Positions 6,566-15,157 of a stretch of 16,800 nucleotides of DNA are shown in pieces. Position numbers and translations under genes: made by a program. Source of the DNA: Elainellaceae cyanobacterium (GTDB lineage: Bacteria > Cyanobacteriota > Cyanobacteriia > CAZCXK01). Positions within the stretch are counted from its first letter, which is position 1. Each line of letters opens with the position of its first letter. The DNA lies in contig JBNPEG010000195.1 of the NCBI GenBank assembly GCA_051117555.1, positions 1 through 16,800 of the forward strand, given 5' to 3'. The notes under the pieces were generated by a model, which saw only the letters and a program-made list of their open reading frames with translations, did not search any database and had not been told where the DNA came from.

Positions 6566-7088
6566 AGACATCGCAGACGAACACCCCGATATTCAGCCGT
6601 CTGAGGTCACAGTTCGGACGCGGTGGTTTGCCTACATTAAGCAAGTCGCCCCCGACGGGCTGCTCAAAGATAAGGATGGATTTACCGAACTGGCTAGGAG
6701 TCTGTTTGACGACTTCATCCAACAGGTGAAGCGAGAAGGGCAAAACCCGAAAGAGTGGGTGAAAGCGACCAAAACCCGCTACTCCCACGAATGGGAATCA
6801 GCAGGGGTCATCGATGCCGAACTCATGCCCGATGAGGTTGGTGGGGCGCTGGCTACGCTCCGTCAATCGGGCAGTAGCCTACAGCAGCAGATTTCAGATG
6901 AACTGGATCAGCTTCAACAGTTTGCCCAGCAAATTCAAGATGTTGAAGACGATTTCTCTGAGGCTGAAATCGAGCTGTTTAAGGCAAAAGGCGCAATGCG
7001 CGGGGTCAAACGATTCCGCATCGAAACTCAATCAGAACTGGAGGTATACAGCCAACTCAAACGGCAAAATCTCAACAATCAACAGTAA
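6498..7088 (+). CDS. Putative HTH + coiled-coil DNA-binding protein
   Basis: Strong AAGGAGG RBS; YSAQDIADE...SEVTVRTRW MerR-like HTH pattern; C-terminal Q/E-rich coiled coil. Confidence 0.8.
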   Translation: MEHVSKHVRAHSPSHSGAHYSAQDIADEHPDIQPSEVTVRTRWFAYIKQVAPDGLLKDKDGFTELARSLFDDFIQQVKREGQNPKEWVKATKTRYSHEWESAGVIDAELMPDEVGGALATLRQSGSSLQQQISDELDQLQQFAQQIQDVEDDFSEAEIELFKAKGAMRGVKRFRIETQSELEVYSQLKRQNLNNQQ

Positions 7089-7091
7089 ACA

Positions 7092-7152
7092 GATGACCAG
7101 ACAGAGCAAGCTTCCAACCCCGCTCCGTCTGGTTGTCCCTCTACGAAAGGAG
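7092..7152 (+). promoter_or_regulatory. Hairpin + RBS leader module, copy 1
   Basis: 16-bp stem (two G-U, one mismatch) 7092-7107/7122-7137, loop AAGCTTCCAACCCC, then TCTACGAAAGGAG. Confidence 0.65.
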
Positions 7153-7163
7153 ACATTTTGATC

Positions 7164-7547
7164 ATGAATCATTACGTGCGAGCCGTCACCATGACGGCTA
7201 TTTCAGCTCTGGCAATAGGCGTCTTTCCCAATACTGCTAGCTCCGACAATCGGGGCTATAACACCGACGTGCAGACCATTCCAGGCGGCGGTGCCATCGA
7301 CCGCGAAACGTTTCAATACGTTAATGAGCAAGGCGGCTGGATGGATGAAAACGGCTATTACCGTCGCCCCATTCCAGTGAATCGGGTCTATTCAAACCCT
7401 GTTTCAGATGGAACACATGAGCATCGTATGAACTGGGAACCACAGCACAGCATTATCTTTGAAGTCGAGAATCAACGAATTATCAGACAGGACTACATAC
7501 TCAGGCGATCGACAGATAAGGAGGTATCAACCCAAAAACGCGACTAA
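7164..7547 (+). CDS. Hypothetical secreted protein
   Basis: Signal-peptide-like N-terminus MNHYVRAVTMTAISALAIGVFPNTASS; AAGGAG RBS (alternative TTG start 7158). Confidence 0.7.
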   Translation: MNHYVRAVTMTAISALAIGVFPNTASSDNRGYNTDVQTIPGGGAIDRETFQYVNEQGGWMDENGYYRRPIPVNRVYSNPVSDGTHEHRMNWEPQHSIIFEVENQRIIRQDYILRRSTDKEVSTQKRD

Positions 7548-7558
7548 CACATCTGTCT

Positions 7559-7624
7559 AGACGCTAGGGGTAAAGCTTCCATTTCACCCCTACCCCTAGC
7601 GTCTTTCCCTATCTACGAAAGGAG
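7559..7624 (+). promoter_or_regulatory. Hairpin + RBS leader module, copy 2
   Basis: Perfect 14-bp stem AGACGCTAGGGGTA/TACCCCTAGCGTCT, loop AAGCTTCCATTTCACCCC, then TCTACGAAAGGAG. Confidence 0.7.
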
Positions 7625-7628
7625 TCAT

Positions 7629-7880
7629 ATGATGAGTGATCAAACCGATGATGAGCGGTTTAGAAAGCTTCAAGCGCGCAATGTCGGCAACACCATGCAA
7701 GGCGCAAAATTTCATGCTGAGGAAGCGCAACGGAAAAAGCTAGCAGGTGATGATGCAGGTGCTCAAAAGCAATTGGATCGGGCGCATCATAATTTAGATC
7801 AAGCCTCTCAACAGTTGGATAAGTTGCGAGATGAGACTGTAGCAAAAATCAAAGCTCGAAAGGAGAAGAAGAAAAAATGA
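7629..7880 (+). CDS. Hypothetical helical protein with basic tail
   Basis: AAGGAG RBS; 83 aa; ATGA overlap with next gene. Confidence 0.75.
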   Translation: MMSDQTDDERFRKLQARNVGNTMQGAKFHAEEAQRKKLAGDDAGAQKQLDRAHHNLDQASQQLDKLRDETVAKIKARKEKKKK

Positions 7881-8347
7881 CGCGACTCGCTCAACCTCAA
7901 ACTGACACTGGACATTCAATCATCTTCTGGCATGAGGAGCCAGGAATCACGGTTATCTACGATAACTCAAGTCTTGAGCGATCAGAGTTTGAGCGATTTC
8001 TTCAAATAGGGTTTTTCTACACTCCTGTCTCGGTGCTGCAAGCGTGTGATCATTGTGGTGAATCATGGCAATGGGCGATCGCCTCAGACGATAACTCACT
8101 CGATATCGTTTGGTTAGTCGAAGCCCTCTCACGCTTTGAAGACGGCTGGGAAGTCACCCCTGATAACTGGGTGATCAGCAAACCAGACTCCAAAATCGAG
8201 CTAGTTCAAATGACTAGCATCGTCTCAGAGGCTAAACGCCCTCCCAAGCAGCTAGAGCCTGTTACAAGGCAAACCATGACAATCCCACTGATTGCAACGG
8301 CAGTGCTAAGCTTTGCCCTCGGCCTGCTCACCAGCATCGTGCTTTAG
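7877..8347 (+). CDS. Hypothetical C-terminally membrane-anchored protein
   Basis: AAGGAG RBS, CDHC motif, C-terminal IPLIATAVLSFALGLLTSIVL transmembrane helix. Confidence 0.75.
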   Translation: MTRLAQPQTDTGHSIIFWHEEPGITVIYDNSSLERSEFERFLQIGFFYTPVSVLQACDHCGESWQWAIASDDNSLDIVWLVEALSRFEDGWEVTPDNWVISKPDSKIELVQMTSIVSEAKRPPKQLEPVTRQTMTIPLIATAVLSFALGLLTSIVL

Positions 8348-8418
8348 GTTCCTGTTACAAGGCAATCAAGCTAATGATATGATTGCCTCGTAACAGGCTT
8401 ATTTCAGCAATACCGCTC

Positions 8419-8616
8419 ATGACAAACGGAGAACCCGATCGCTTAGACATCCTCATAGAGCAGGTAGGACGACTCACAGAGGGTCTTACAGAAATTAAGT
8501 TACTTGTTCGAGAACAGTCAGAAACCGCTAAACAGCAGGCTAAGAACATTAGCGTCTTGTCTCAAGCTGTAGAGCGTCAGTCCGCAATTATTGACCGCAT
8601 CCTACCCCGTGAATAA
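8419..8616 (+). CDS. Small coiled-coil hypothetical protein (65 aa)
   Basis: MTNGEPDRLDILIEQVGRLTEGLTEIK... continuous heptad pattern; ATG just after the repeat. Confidence 0.7.
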   Translation: MTNGEPDRLDILIEQVGRLTEGLTEIKLLVREQSETAKQQAKNISVLSQAVERQSAIIDRILPRE

Positions 8617-8646
8617 TTGCCGTGTAACAGGCTTATTACAGCAGAT

Positions 8647-8988
8647 ATGGCATTAACAAAAACCAGCTTCACCCCTCAATGGAACAGTGGCAAAACCACC
8701 GTGATCCGAGTGCCAGAGGCTCTAGCCGATGAGATTTTGATTCTGGCGCGTCAGATGGATACTGAAAATTTGCCTTGTAACAGCGACTCTGAGAAGGTTT
8801 CAGACCAGCAAATTATTTTAGAGGCGATCGACCGATTCTTAGAGCAGCGACGGCAAGAATGGGGCTCAAACAATGCCCAGAAGCGAAGCGCTTTTAATCC
8901 ACACAGCACGCGATACTCAATGCTTCAAGAATTCAAAAGGCGAGTTATTGAAGGCAGGGTGGCTTCGGGCGATCGCTCCTCATCATGA
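8647..8988 (+). CDS. Ribbon-helix-helix-like DNA-binding protein
   Basis: F.PQW.SGKTTVIRVPEALADEILILARQMD: beta strand (TVIRVP) followed by a helix, RHH/Arc-like pattern; converges on and overlaps the integrase 3' end by 44 nt. Confidence 0.7.
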   Translation: MALTKTSFTPQWNSGKTTVIRVPEALADEILILARQMDTENLPCNSDSEKVSDQQIILEAIDRFLEQRRQEWGSNNAQKRSAFNPHSTRYSMLQEFKRRVIEGRVASGDRSSS

Positions 8989-10042
8989 TTGCGTCAAAAG
9001 CCCTCTGGTGAACTTCGTCTGTAATCCAGCGGTGGTAAGTCCGCTCATGCACTGCATTGGAATGTCCCATCTGCTTTGCAGCCAGTTCCCACGGAAGGCC
9101 AAATTCTAAGGTTCTGATGGCCCATCGATGCCGTAAATCCAGCGGATGAAAAGGTAATTTAGGCCCAAGATAGTTAGTAACTCTAGCAGTGTAGTCACTG
9201 TGTTCTTTACCCGTCACAGGTGGCAACATCCGATTTCTGAGTCCAAATTCATCAACCCATTCTGGATAGCAGGCCCAAACGGAATGAGGCCCGGTTTTGC
9301 TCTCCAGAATCTTTATCATGTAGCTCTTACCGCTCTCCAAATCCTCAGTATCCAGGTAAAACACCTCATGGTTTCTTAGTCCAAATGTTGCCATCATTCC
9401 ATATACATAGCGCCAACCTAGATTCTGAAGCTCATAAAAATATTTCACGATCAGCTCGTCACTCGGCAAATCACGAGGTTCAACACAGGATGCAGAATAA
9501 TTGCCTTGTAACAGATTGAAATCAACGTCTAAACCCGCAAATTTAGCGAGTCGTCCCAACGTTACACAAAATCGCTTCCGGTTTTTTGTGTTGGCTTTTG
9601 TCTGGTCGATCGCCTTCCTGAGCAAGTCTACCGTTAGCGGCTGCTCTGCATCTAAAGTCTTAAAAACACATTGATACTCCGTTTTCCAGGTCACAGGCTC
9701 AACTGTGTGTTTAAACTCGGCTTCAAATCGATTGAGCCACTGACCAGCCGTATCCGGTTCATCTCTCCCCTGCCTGAAGAGGTATGGCATCCATTCAAAC
9801 TTTCCAGCCTCTAGAAGCGAGCCAACAATTCGAGCCTCTTTCTCTGCCATGCTTAACCCTTTAGGATGTGCCCCTATGCCCAAAGCAATCCGCTGCTGGT
9901 GTGGCGTCTGGGTTGTCGATCCTGGTCGTGGCGGCAGAGTTGCTTTGAGATAGAGCTTATGGCCAATTTGCTCAATCCTGACTCTGACTAGACTTGATTT
10001 TAGCCGTCCGTTCGCTTGCGAGATGCGGCCACCTATTTCCAT
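8945..10042 (-). CDS. int: Tyrosine recombinase/integrase, cyanobacterial XisA/XisC-like family
   Basis: N-terminal ANGRLK...LYLKATLPPRPG...QQRIALG domain; catalytic FGLRNHE, SKTG, DLRHRWAIR, QMGHS..VH..TY motifs. Confidence 0.95.
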   Translation of the reverse strand: MEIGGRISQANGRLKSSLVRVRIEQIGHKLYLKATLPPRPGSTTQTPHQQRIALGIGAHPKGLSMAEKEARIVGSLLEAGKFEWMPYLFRQGRDEPDTAGQWLNRFEAEFKHTVEPVTWKTEYQCVFKTLDAEQPLTVDLLRKAIDQTKANTKNRKRFCVTLGRLAKFAGLDVDFNLLQGNYSASCVEPRDLPSDELIVKYFYELQNLGWRYVYGMMATFGLRNHEVFYLDTEDLESGKSYMIKILESKTGPHSVWACYPEWVDEFGLRNRMLPPVTGKEHSDYTARVTNYLGPKLPFHPLDLRHRWAIRTLEFGLPWELAAKQMGHSNAVHERTYHRWITDEVHQRAFDAIMMRSDRPKPPCLQ

Positions 10043-10178
10043 GCCTAAATCTTGCTTAAAAATCTAGCTTCAATTAACAATAATTAGCCATAACTACCAG
10101 CAATGTAGGTAAAAAGCAATGCTCTGTAAAGTGCATCAAATAGCCAATAAAAGGCATTTATTAGACATGGTAATTTTA

Positions 10179-10250
<72 letters not shown>

Positions 10251-10514
10251 ATATCTGGAGTGACTACAGACTAGGCTAACAGCTATCACATTGCATCGGC
10301 GATGCCATCGGAAATGATGTTGGAGCTGCCAACCCAATCATTTATCACCAACTTTCTATCATACATGGGTGGATACTTAACTGCACATCAGAATTTCTTC
10401 CTTGCCAGAGTAAAGGCTCAAGCAAGTCATTGACGTTGAGAATGTCGCAATCCTCTGTAGCTGATCTATGCTTCGAGATAAGTCTTGTTTGCACTGAGGA
10501 TTAGCCCCGCCATC

Positions 10515-11303
10515 ATGACTCACCATTCGCCCCTTCGAGTTGCTCAAATTACAGATACCCACTTATTTGCCGACACAGAGGAAGCATTGCGCGGATGTCA
10601 AACCGCTCAGACGCTACAGGCTGTGATTCAATCGCTACAGCAGCGATCGCCCGACCCCGATTTTATTCTGCTCACGGGTGATCTGTCTCAAGACGAAACG
10701 CCAGCCTCATACCAGCAGTTACGGCATCTGTTCCATGCCTGTCGGGTGCCAATTTACTGGATTCCTGGCAACCATGACGATTTCCGTGTGATGCACGACA
10801 TCTTGAATGCATCCCCTTGGATATCCGACAAGTCGTTTATGCAAGGAGGGTGGAAGTTTGTTCTTCTAGATTCGACTGTACGGGGCTGTACCCACGGAGA
10901 ATTATCTTCACAATCTCTCGAGTGGTTAGACCAACAGCTCAATGACGCTCGTCCTCACCCAACTATGGTGGTGCTGCATCATCCGCCTCTACCCGTGGGA
11001 TCAGCCTGGATAGATGAACTCGGGCTCCACCATCCCCAAGCATTTCAAGAGATTCTCGACCGCCATCCCCAGGTTAAGGTCGTTTTGTTTGGGCATATTC
11101 ACCAAGCATTTGACATTCACCATCGGGGAATTCGATACCTGGCTACTCCGTCAAGCTGCGTGCAGTTCAAGCCTAATAGCTCAGAATTTGCAGTTGACAC
11201 GGCATCTCCAGGCTTCAGGGTACTCTCTCTGTATCCAGACGGGCATATCGAGACTCAGGTTGAGCGAGTATCCGAATCATGTCTATCTCAGCCAATGAGA
11301 TAA
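10515..11303 (+). CDS. cpdA: 3',5'-cyclic-AMP phosphodiesterase (Icc/CpdA metallophosphoesterase)
   Basis: QITDTHL, TGDLSQD, PGNHD, LHHPP, GHIHQ, TPSSCVQF motifs; likely ATG at 10515. Confidence 0.93.
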   Translation: MTHHSPLRVAQITDTHLFADTEEALRGCQTAQTLQAVIQSLQQRSPDPDFILLTGDLSQDETPASYQQLRHLFHACRVPIYWIPGNHDDFRVMHDILNASPWISDKSFMQGGWKFVLLDSTVRGCTHGELSSQSLEWLDQQLNDARPHPTMVVLHHPPLPVGSAWIDELGLHHPQAFQEILDRHPQVKVVLFGHIHQAFDIHHRGIRYLATPSSCVQFKPNSSEFAVDTASPGFRVLSLYPDGHIETQVERVSESCLSQPMR

Positions 11304-12188
11304 ATCGCGCTGAATGAGCGTCTGCGCGTGCAAAATATCATCTCGATAGTCGCTCATGAGCTGCCGCCTGATTTCGGGGGAGAGTTGAGGCTTCGTGAGA
11401 TTTGAACGAGTCACGTTTTCCCGCAACCGACGACGAAATCTAGCAGGCATTAACGGTTTTAGAAAATCTTTAAGGCTATTTTTCTGAGTCAGGAGTTGAT
11501 GTAGGCGCTTGTTTTTGGGGACCTGTTTAGCAACGTTGCGGTTGTGAGAAAAATTAGTTTCGAATGTGTCATCCACCTCTAAAAACTGAAAAATTTCTTT
11601 GAGGGTTTTAGAGGGGTGCAGTCGCAAATCTTCGCTGAGAAAAACTTTGATTTGTGATGACGAGAACCGATCAAAATACCGCGTGAGCTGTTGCCCATAA
11701 AATCCGCGCTGGCGATAGTGCCACAGGGTGCTCCAATTGTTTTGGATGCGATGTTCCTCAGCGGCAAGCGCTGCTGCAAAATCATCAAGCGGTTCACGCC
11801 CCGATCGCCAGACATGCATAAAGTGAGAAAACGCCCGCTCAGCCGGATCTCGTAAAATCGCAATCAGCTTCACATCTGGAATATGCTGCTGAATTTGCTC
11901 AGGGGCTTGGGGGCTGTAGATATAGAGCGGGCTTGCTTCACCGATTGCGATTTCATCAGACACGTCTGAAAATAGGGCACAGTAGGCATCTAGCTGATCG
12001 ACATAAGCATAATCATTCGTGGCGCGATCGCTCTCGGAACTAGAACGAGACGAACGAGCTTCAGGCGCAAAGAATCGCGGCTCTTTAACCGGGCTCATAT
12101 AAATTTGAGGATGCTGAGCGAGGTAGCTATACAACGATGTTGTGCCTGCTTTCATCGCTCCGATGATAAGGAAATTGGGCAGCGTCAT
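11283..12188 (-). CDS. PAPS-dependent sulfotransferase
   Basis: LPNFLIIGAMKAGTTSLY (5'-PSB), KEPRFF, GEASPLY, LRDPAERAFS (3'-PB); start 12188 or 12257. Confidence 0.93.
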   Translation of the reverse strand: MTLPNFLIIGAMKAGTTSLYSYLAQHPQIYMSPVKEPRFFAPEARSSRSSSESDRATNDYAYVDQLDAYCALFSDVSDEIAIGEASPLYIYSPQAPEQIQQHIPDVKLIAILRDPAERAFSHFMHVWRSGREPLDDFAAALAAEEHRIQNNWSTLWHYRQRGFYGQQLTRYFDRFSSSQIKVFLSEDLRLHPSKTLKEIFQFLEVDDTFETNFSHNRNVAKQVPKNKRLHQLLTQKNSLKDFLKPLMPARFRRRLRENVTRSNLTKPQLSPEIRRQLMSDYRDDILHAQTLIQRDLSHWLR

Positions 12189-12343
12189 AGAGACTGATTG
12201 AGGGTGGGCGGCCAAGACGAACTCTTTGGAGACTAGGCTGAGAGTGACTATGATCATTCACAACCTATCTAGAGTTAGATTAGTTGTCCCACCAAATCAG
12301 ATTCTTAAAGAGTTAGTTAAGAATTGCAGTGCCGCGTGAAGAA

Positions 12344-14017
12344 TTACTGGTGAAGTTGGGGAGTTGCTAGCTGGGATACAGACGGCTGGAGAATAGGTGT
12401 GCCGTCGAAATAATCGGGAATGGGAACCCCCATCAGATGCAAAATGGTCGGTGCTAAATCTACCGCATGCTTTTCGGGCAGTGTCGATTGAGGCTCGATA
12501 CCCGGCCCCGTTGCAATCAGAAAACCGCGACCTCGGTGGCTTCCGGTACGACGATAAGGAACGGGACCGATGCGCCCAAATTTGGGATGGTCGACCACAT
12601 CAGCGGGTTCGTCACTCCAGATGACGATCAGGTCTGCGTCGGGACGCTTAGGATGGCGATCGCCCGCTGATAGTCGGGGCTGAATTACGGTTTTCACAAC
12701 CGGCTTTCCGGTGCGCGCGTTAACCAGTTGCTTCAGCTCGTGAGTCAAGCTGTTACAGAGCGTTTCATAGTCATCTGGCGCAACTATACCGTCAGGCTCT
12801 CGCCCAGCCAGATTAATGCGAATGTATCCTTCAGAAAAGCTAGGAATCGCAAATGCCTGCATCTGTGGCCACAGAGGGCTGTACCACAGGGTTGGCTGCC
12901 ATGCCATAAAGTGCCCCTGCTCTTGAAGAGTTTGGGGAGATACGAGGTCGGGCTGACGGGCTCGACCCAACACTGTATCGAGATACGGATGAAACTTAGT
13001 CGGCAACTGGCGACGGAGAAGCCGCTTGAGCAGATTTGGTTCGTGCTTGCGCTCCCAGATTTCACCCGACCAGGTTTTGCGGCGGGGAGACGTAACCACC
13101 GGGGGAACGGGCGCTCCAGCTTTTCCAGGGGCTAGCATGACCTGTCCTGGAAAGCTAAATCGATACAAAAATTCGGGCAAGAACATCATGCTAGAGACGT
13201 CGGTGGTGTTGTTACCACTGCCATGAGCCGCGAATACCATCACATAGGTGTCGTCTGGAACGTCAGACACGATTTCACCGATCGCCCGATCCATCTCCTT
13301 AAACACATCCAGCAGGGGATCACCGTCGATCCCGGAACGATGAGCGTGAAGCGGATGATCGGGCTGGCTCAAGTACCAAAAATCATGTCCTGCCGAGTGG
13401 GGTTCTCCAAATACAGTGAGGAATAAATCCCACTGATCGTGTTGGAGAATCTCGCGGCAAATCGAAATCCGCCGTTTGATGCCCTGTTTCAGATTTTTTT
13501 GGAGGCGAGTCAGATAGGTTTGATCCCACCAGTCGCCGTGGTCTTTGTGTAAGGCGGGGTGCTTGCCGTGGCGATCGCACAGGGTTTGCAGAAATGACTC
13601 AGGCAGAGAATGGGTTGGGGTTTGGGGAGAATGAGCCCCCCACGCCAGCACTTGGGGGCCATTTGCCTGATCAGTTAGCACCGATTGAGGCATGTCAAAG
13701 ACAGCCACGCGATAGTCCTGTCCTAGCGCATAAAAGGGAGGATATTCAGCAAAATCATAGGCTTGCACCTCATCGACCTCATAGGTGCCTTCCCGAAACT
13801 TAAGGGGTGCCCAATATCCAGTCTTCTCAGGTAAGCAGCCTGTGAGAAACGTTGTCCAAGGAGTTTCAGCCTTGTAGTACTGCGAGTTAGTCAATCGCCC
13901 GTAGGTTCCCCGGTCCCGGAGACGTTGCAGGGTTTTCAAATGCCCTTGTGCCATCCAGGTTTCAATCAGGGTTGGATCTGCGGCATCAAGCCCGATGGCG
14001 ATTACAGAGTGTTTCAT
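12344..14017 (-). CDS. Alkaline phosphatase superfamily (type I phosphodiesterase/nucleotide pyrophosphatase-like) protein
   Basis: IAIGLDAA, ETPWTTFLTG, EPHSAGH, RINLAGREPDG, GSH, DLAPTIL motifs. Confidence 0.88.
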   Translation of the reverse strand: MKHSVIAIGLDAADPTLIETWMAQGHLKTLQRLRDRGTYGRLTNSQYYKAETPWTTFLTGCLPEKTGYWAPLKFREGTYEVDEVQAYDFAEYPPFYALGQDYRVAVFDMPQSVLTDQANGPQVLAWGAHSPQTPTHSLPESFLQTLCDRHGKHPALHKDHGDWWDQTYLTRLQKNLKQGIKRRISICREILQHDQWDLFLTVFGEPHSAGHDFWYLSQPDHPLHAHRSGIDGDPLLDVFKEMDRAIGEIVSDVPDDTYVMVFAAHGSGNNTTDVSSMMFLPEFLYRFSFPGQVMLAPGKAGAPVPPVVTSPRRKTWSGEIWERKHEPNLLKRLLRRQLPTKFHPYLDTVLGRARQPDLVSPQTLQEQGHFMAWQPTLWYSPLWPQMQAFAIPSFSEGYIRINLAGREPDGIVAPDDYETLCNSLTHELKQLVNARTGKPVVKTVIQPRLSAGDRHPKRPDADLIVIWSDEPADVVDHPKFGRIGPVPYRRTGSHRGRGFLIATGPGIEPQSTLPEKHAVDLAPTILHLMGVPIPDYFDGTPILQPSVSQLATPQLHQ

Positions 14018-14036
14018 AATGGTTCTCCCAAGAGAC

Positions 14037-15080
14037 TCAGCGTAAATCAGGATGGATCGGTGAGGATGGTGTCAGAGGGGGCTGATTGGGGGACTGATTG
14101 GGGGCTGACACAGTGTTGTTGAGAGGTTGGGGCGATCGCCGAAATTTCCCCATAAGAAGGTAAATAGGACTCGCTATACAGCTCAAAAAATACGCCATTT
14201 CGCATTCGGCAATCAGGTCAGACGAAAATTGCTGTCGATAGTTTAGCCAATGGCGCACGGCTCGCCTCATGCTGCCCAGCATAATTTTGGCAATGACTAG
14301 GGGCTTTTTCCAACTTGGGACATACATCAAGCGAAGCTGGCATACACATAACCCTGCCCCTTTAACTAATGACAGCAGATAGTCTCGTCCCAATCGCTGC
14401 GCCGGAATTTGGTGATAGGTATGCATGGTCGGGCAGTACCAAATCTCCCAGCCTGCGTAGTAGATATGCAACAGTGCCTCATAGTCTTCTCCTGACAAGG
14501 AAGAACCATTGACCCGACCCACCAGCTTTAAGCGGCTAGGCACACAGGCTTGCCAAACTGATTGACGCACAACCATAGCGGCGCCGGGGGGTAAGCTGAG
14601 CGTCTCAGCATCGTAGCGGTGGGCCGTATTGCCTCGTTCTCGAATGGCAAGGAATGACTGGATGCGCTTGAAATTTGGGGGAGGAGGCGTTTCATAGTCG
14701 CCATGAATTTGCCCGCCATACCCCCCTGCCCGTGGATGGGTTTGAGCAAAGGCGTAGGCTGATGCCACCCAATCCCGGGCTGGAAGATTGTCGTCATCGA
14801 GAAAGCCAATCAGGTCTCCTGCTGCTTCGTCGATTGCCCGCTGTCGTGCATAGGCGAGTCCTTGCTCTGGCTCAAAACAATAGCGTAGAGAACTGTGATC
14901 GAGCCAGTGCTCTTGATAGTGTTTCACCACATCGGCTGTCGCGTCAGAGCTATTGTTGTCAACGACGATGACCTCCCAATGGAAGGAGTCGGTTTCAATC
15001 TGCGATCGCACCCGATCCAGCAGGGCAGGTAGCCGACTCGCGCCATTGTATGTCGGGATTGCGACTGTAAAGTCAATCAT
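14037..15080 (-). CDS. hpsE: GT2 glycosyltransferase, HpsE-like (hormogonium polysaccharide)
   Basis: DFTVAIPTYNGASRLP.LL...SQ...WEVIVVDNNSSD, QGLAYARQRA, GFLDDDNLP, GED motifs; symbol is family-level and may be a paralog. Confidence 0.8.
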   Translation of the reverse strand: MIDFTVAIPTYNGASRLPALLDRVRSQIETDSFHWEVIVVDNNSSDATADVVKHYQEHWLDHSSLRYCFEPEQGLAYARQRAIDEAAGDLIGFLDDDNLPARDWVASAYAFAQTHPRAGGYGGQIHGDYETPPPPNFKRIQSFLAIRERGNTAHRYDAETLSLPPGAAMVVRQSVWQACVPSRLKLVGRVNGSSLSGEDYEALLHIYYAGWEIWYCPTMHTYHQIPAQRLGRDYLLSLVKGAGLCVCQLRLMYVPSWKKPLVIAKIMLGSMRRAVRHWLNYRQQFSSDLIAECEMAYFLSCIASPIYLLMGKFRRSPQPLNNTVSAPNQSPNQPPLTPSSPIHPDLR

Positions 15081-15157
15081 GCTCAAAATGCAACGATGCG
15101 GATGTCAAGAGTTACTACGGGGCTAGCTATGCACATATGGTCACGATGACTGAGATT

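Larger units (their letters stand above)
8259..9514. repeat. Six copies of 14-bp motif TTGCCTTGTAACAG
   Basis: Reverse copies 8259-8272, 8352-8365; forward copies 8383-8396 (1 mismatch), 8617-8630 (1 mismatch), 8770-8783, 9501-9514. Confidence 0.9.

Noticed and set aside
8623..8640. NtcA box in TGTAACAGGCTTATTACA
   Set aside because: Spacing is GTA-N10-TAC, not GTA-N8-TAC.
8259..8783. CRISPR array from the 14/28-bp repeats
   Set aside because: Irregular spacing, mixed orientation, copies inside genes, no cas genes.
10159..10167. TATTAGACA near the tRNA end matching primase iteron family B
   Set aside because: Single short match in AT-rich DNA; could be chance.
14077..14110. 12-bp repeats at the GT2 3' end
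   Set aside because: Ordinary low-complexity PNQS/PNQP tail.
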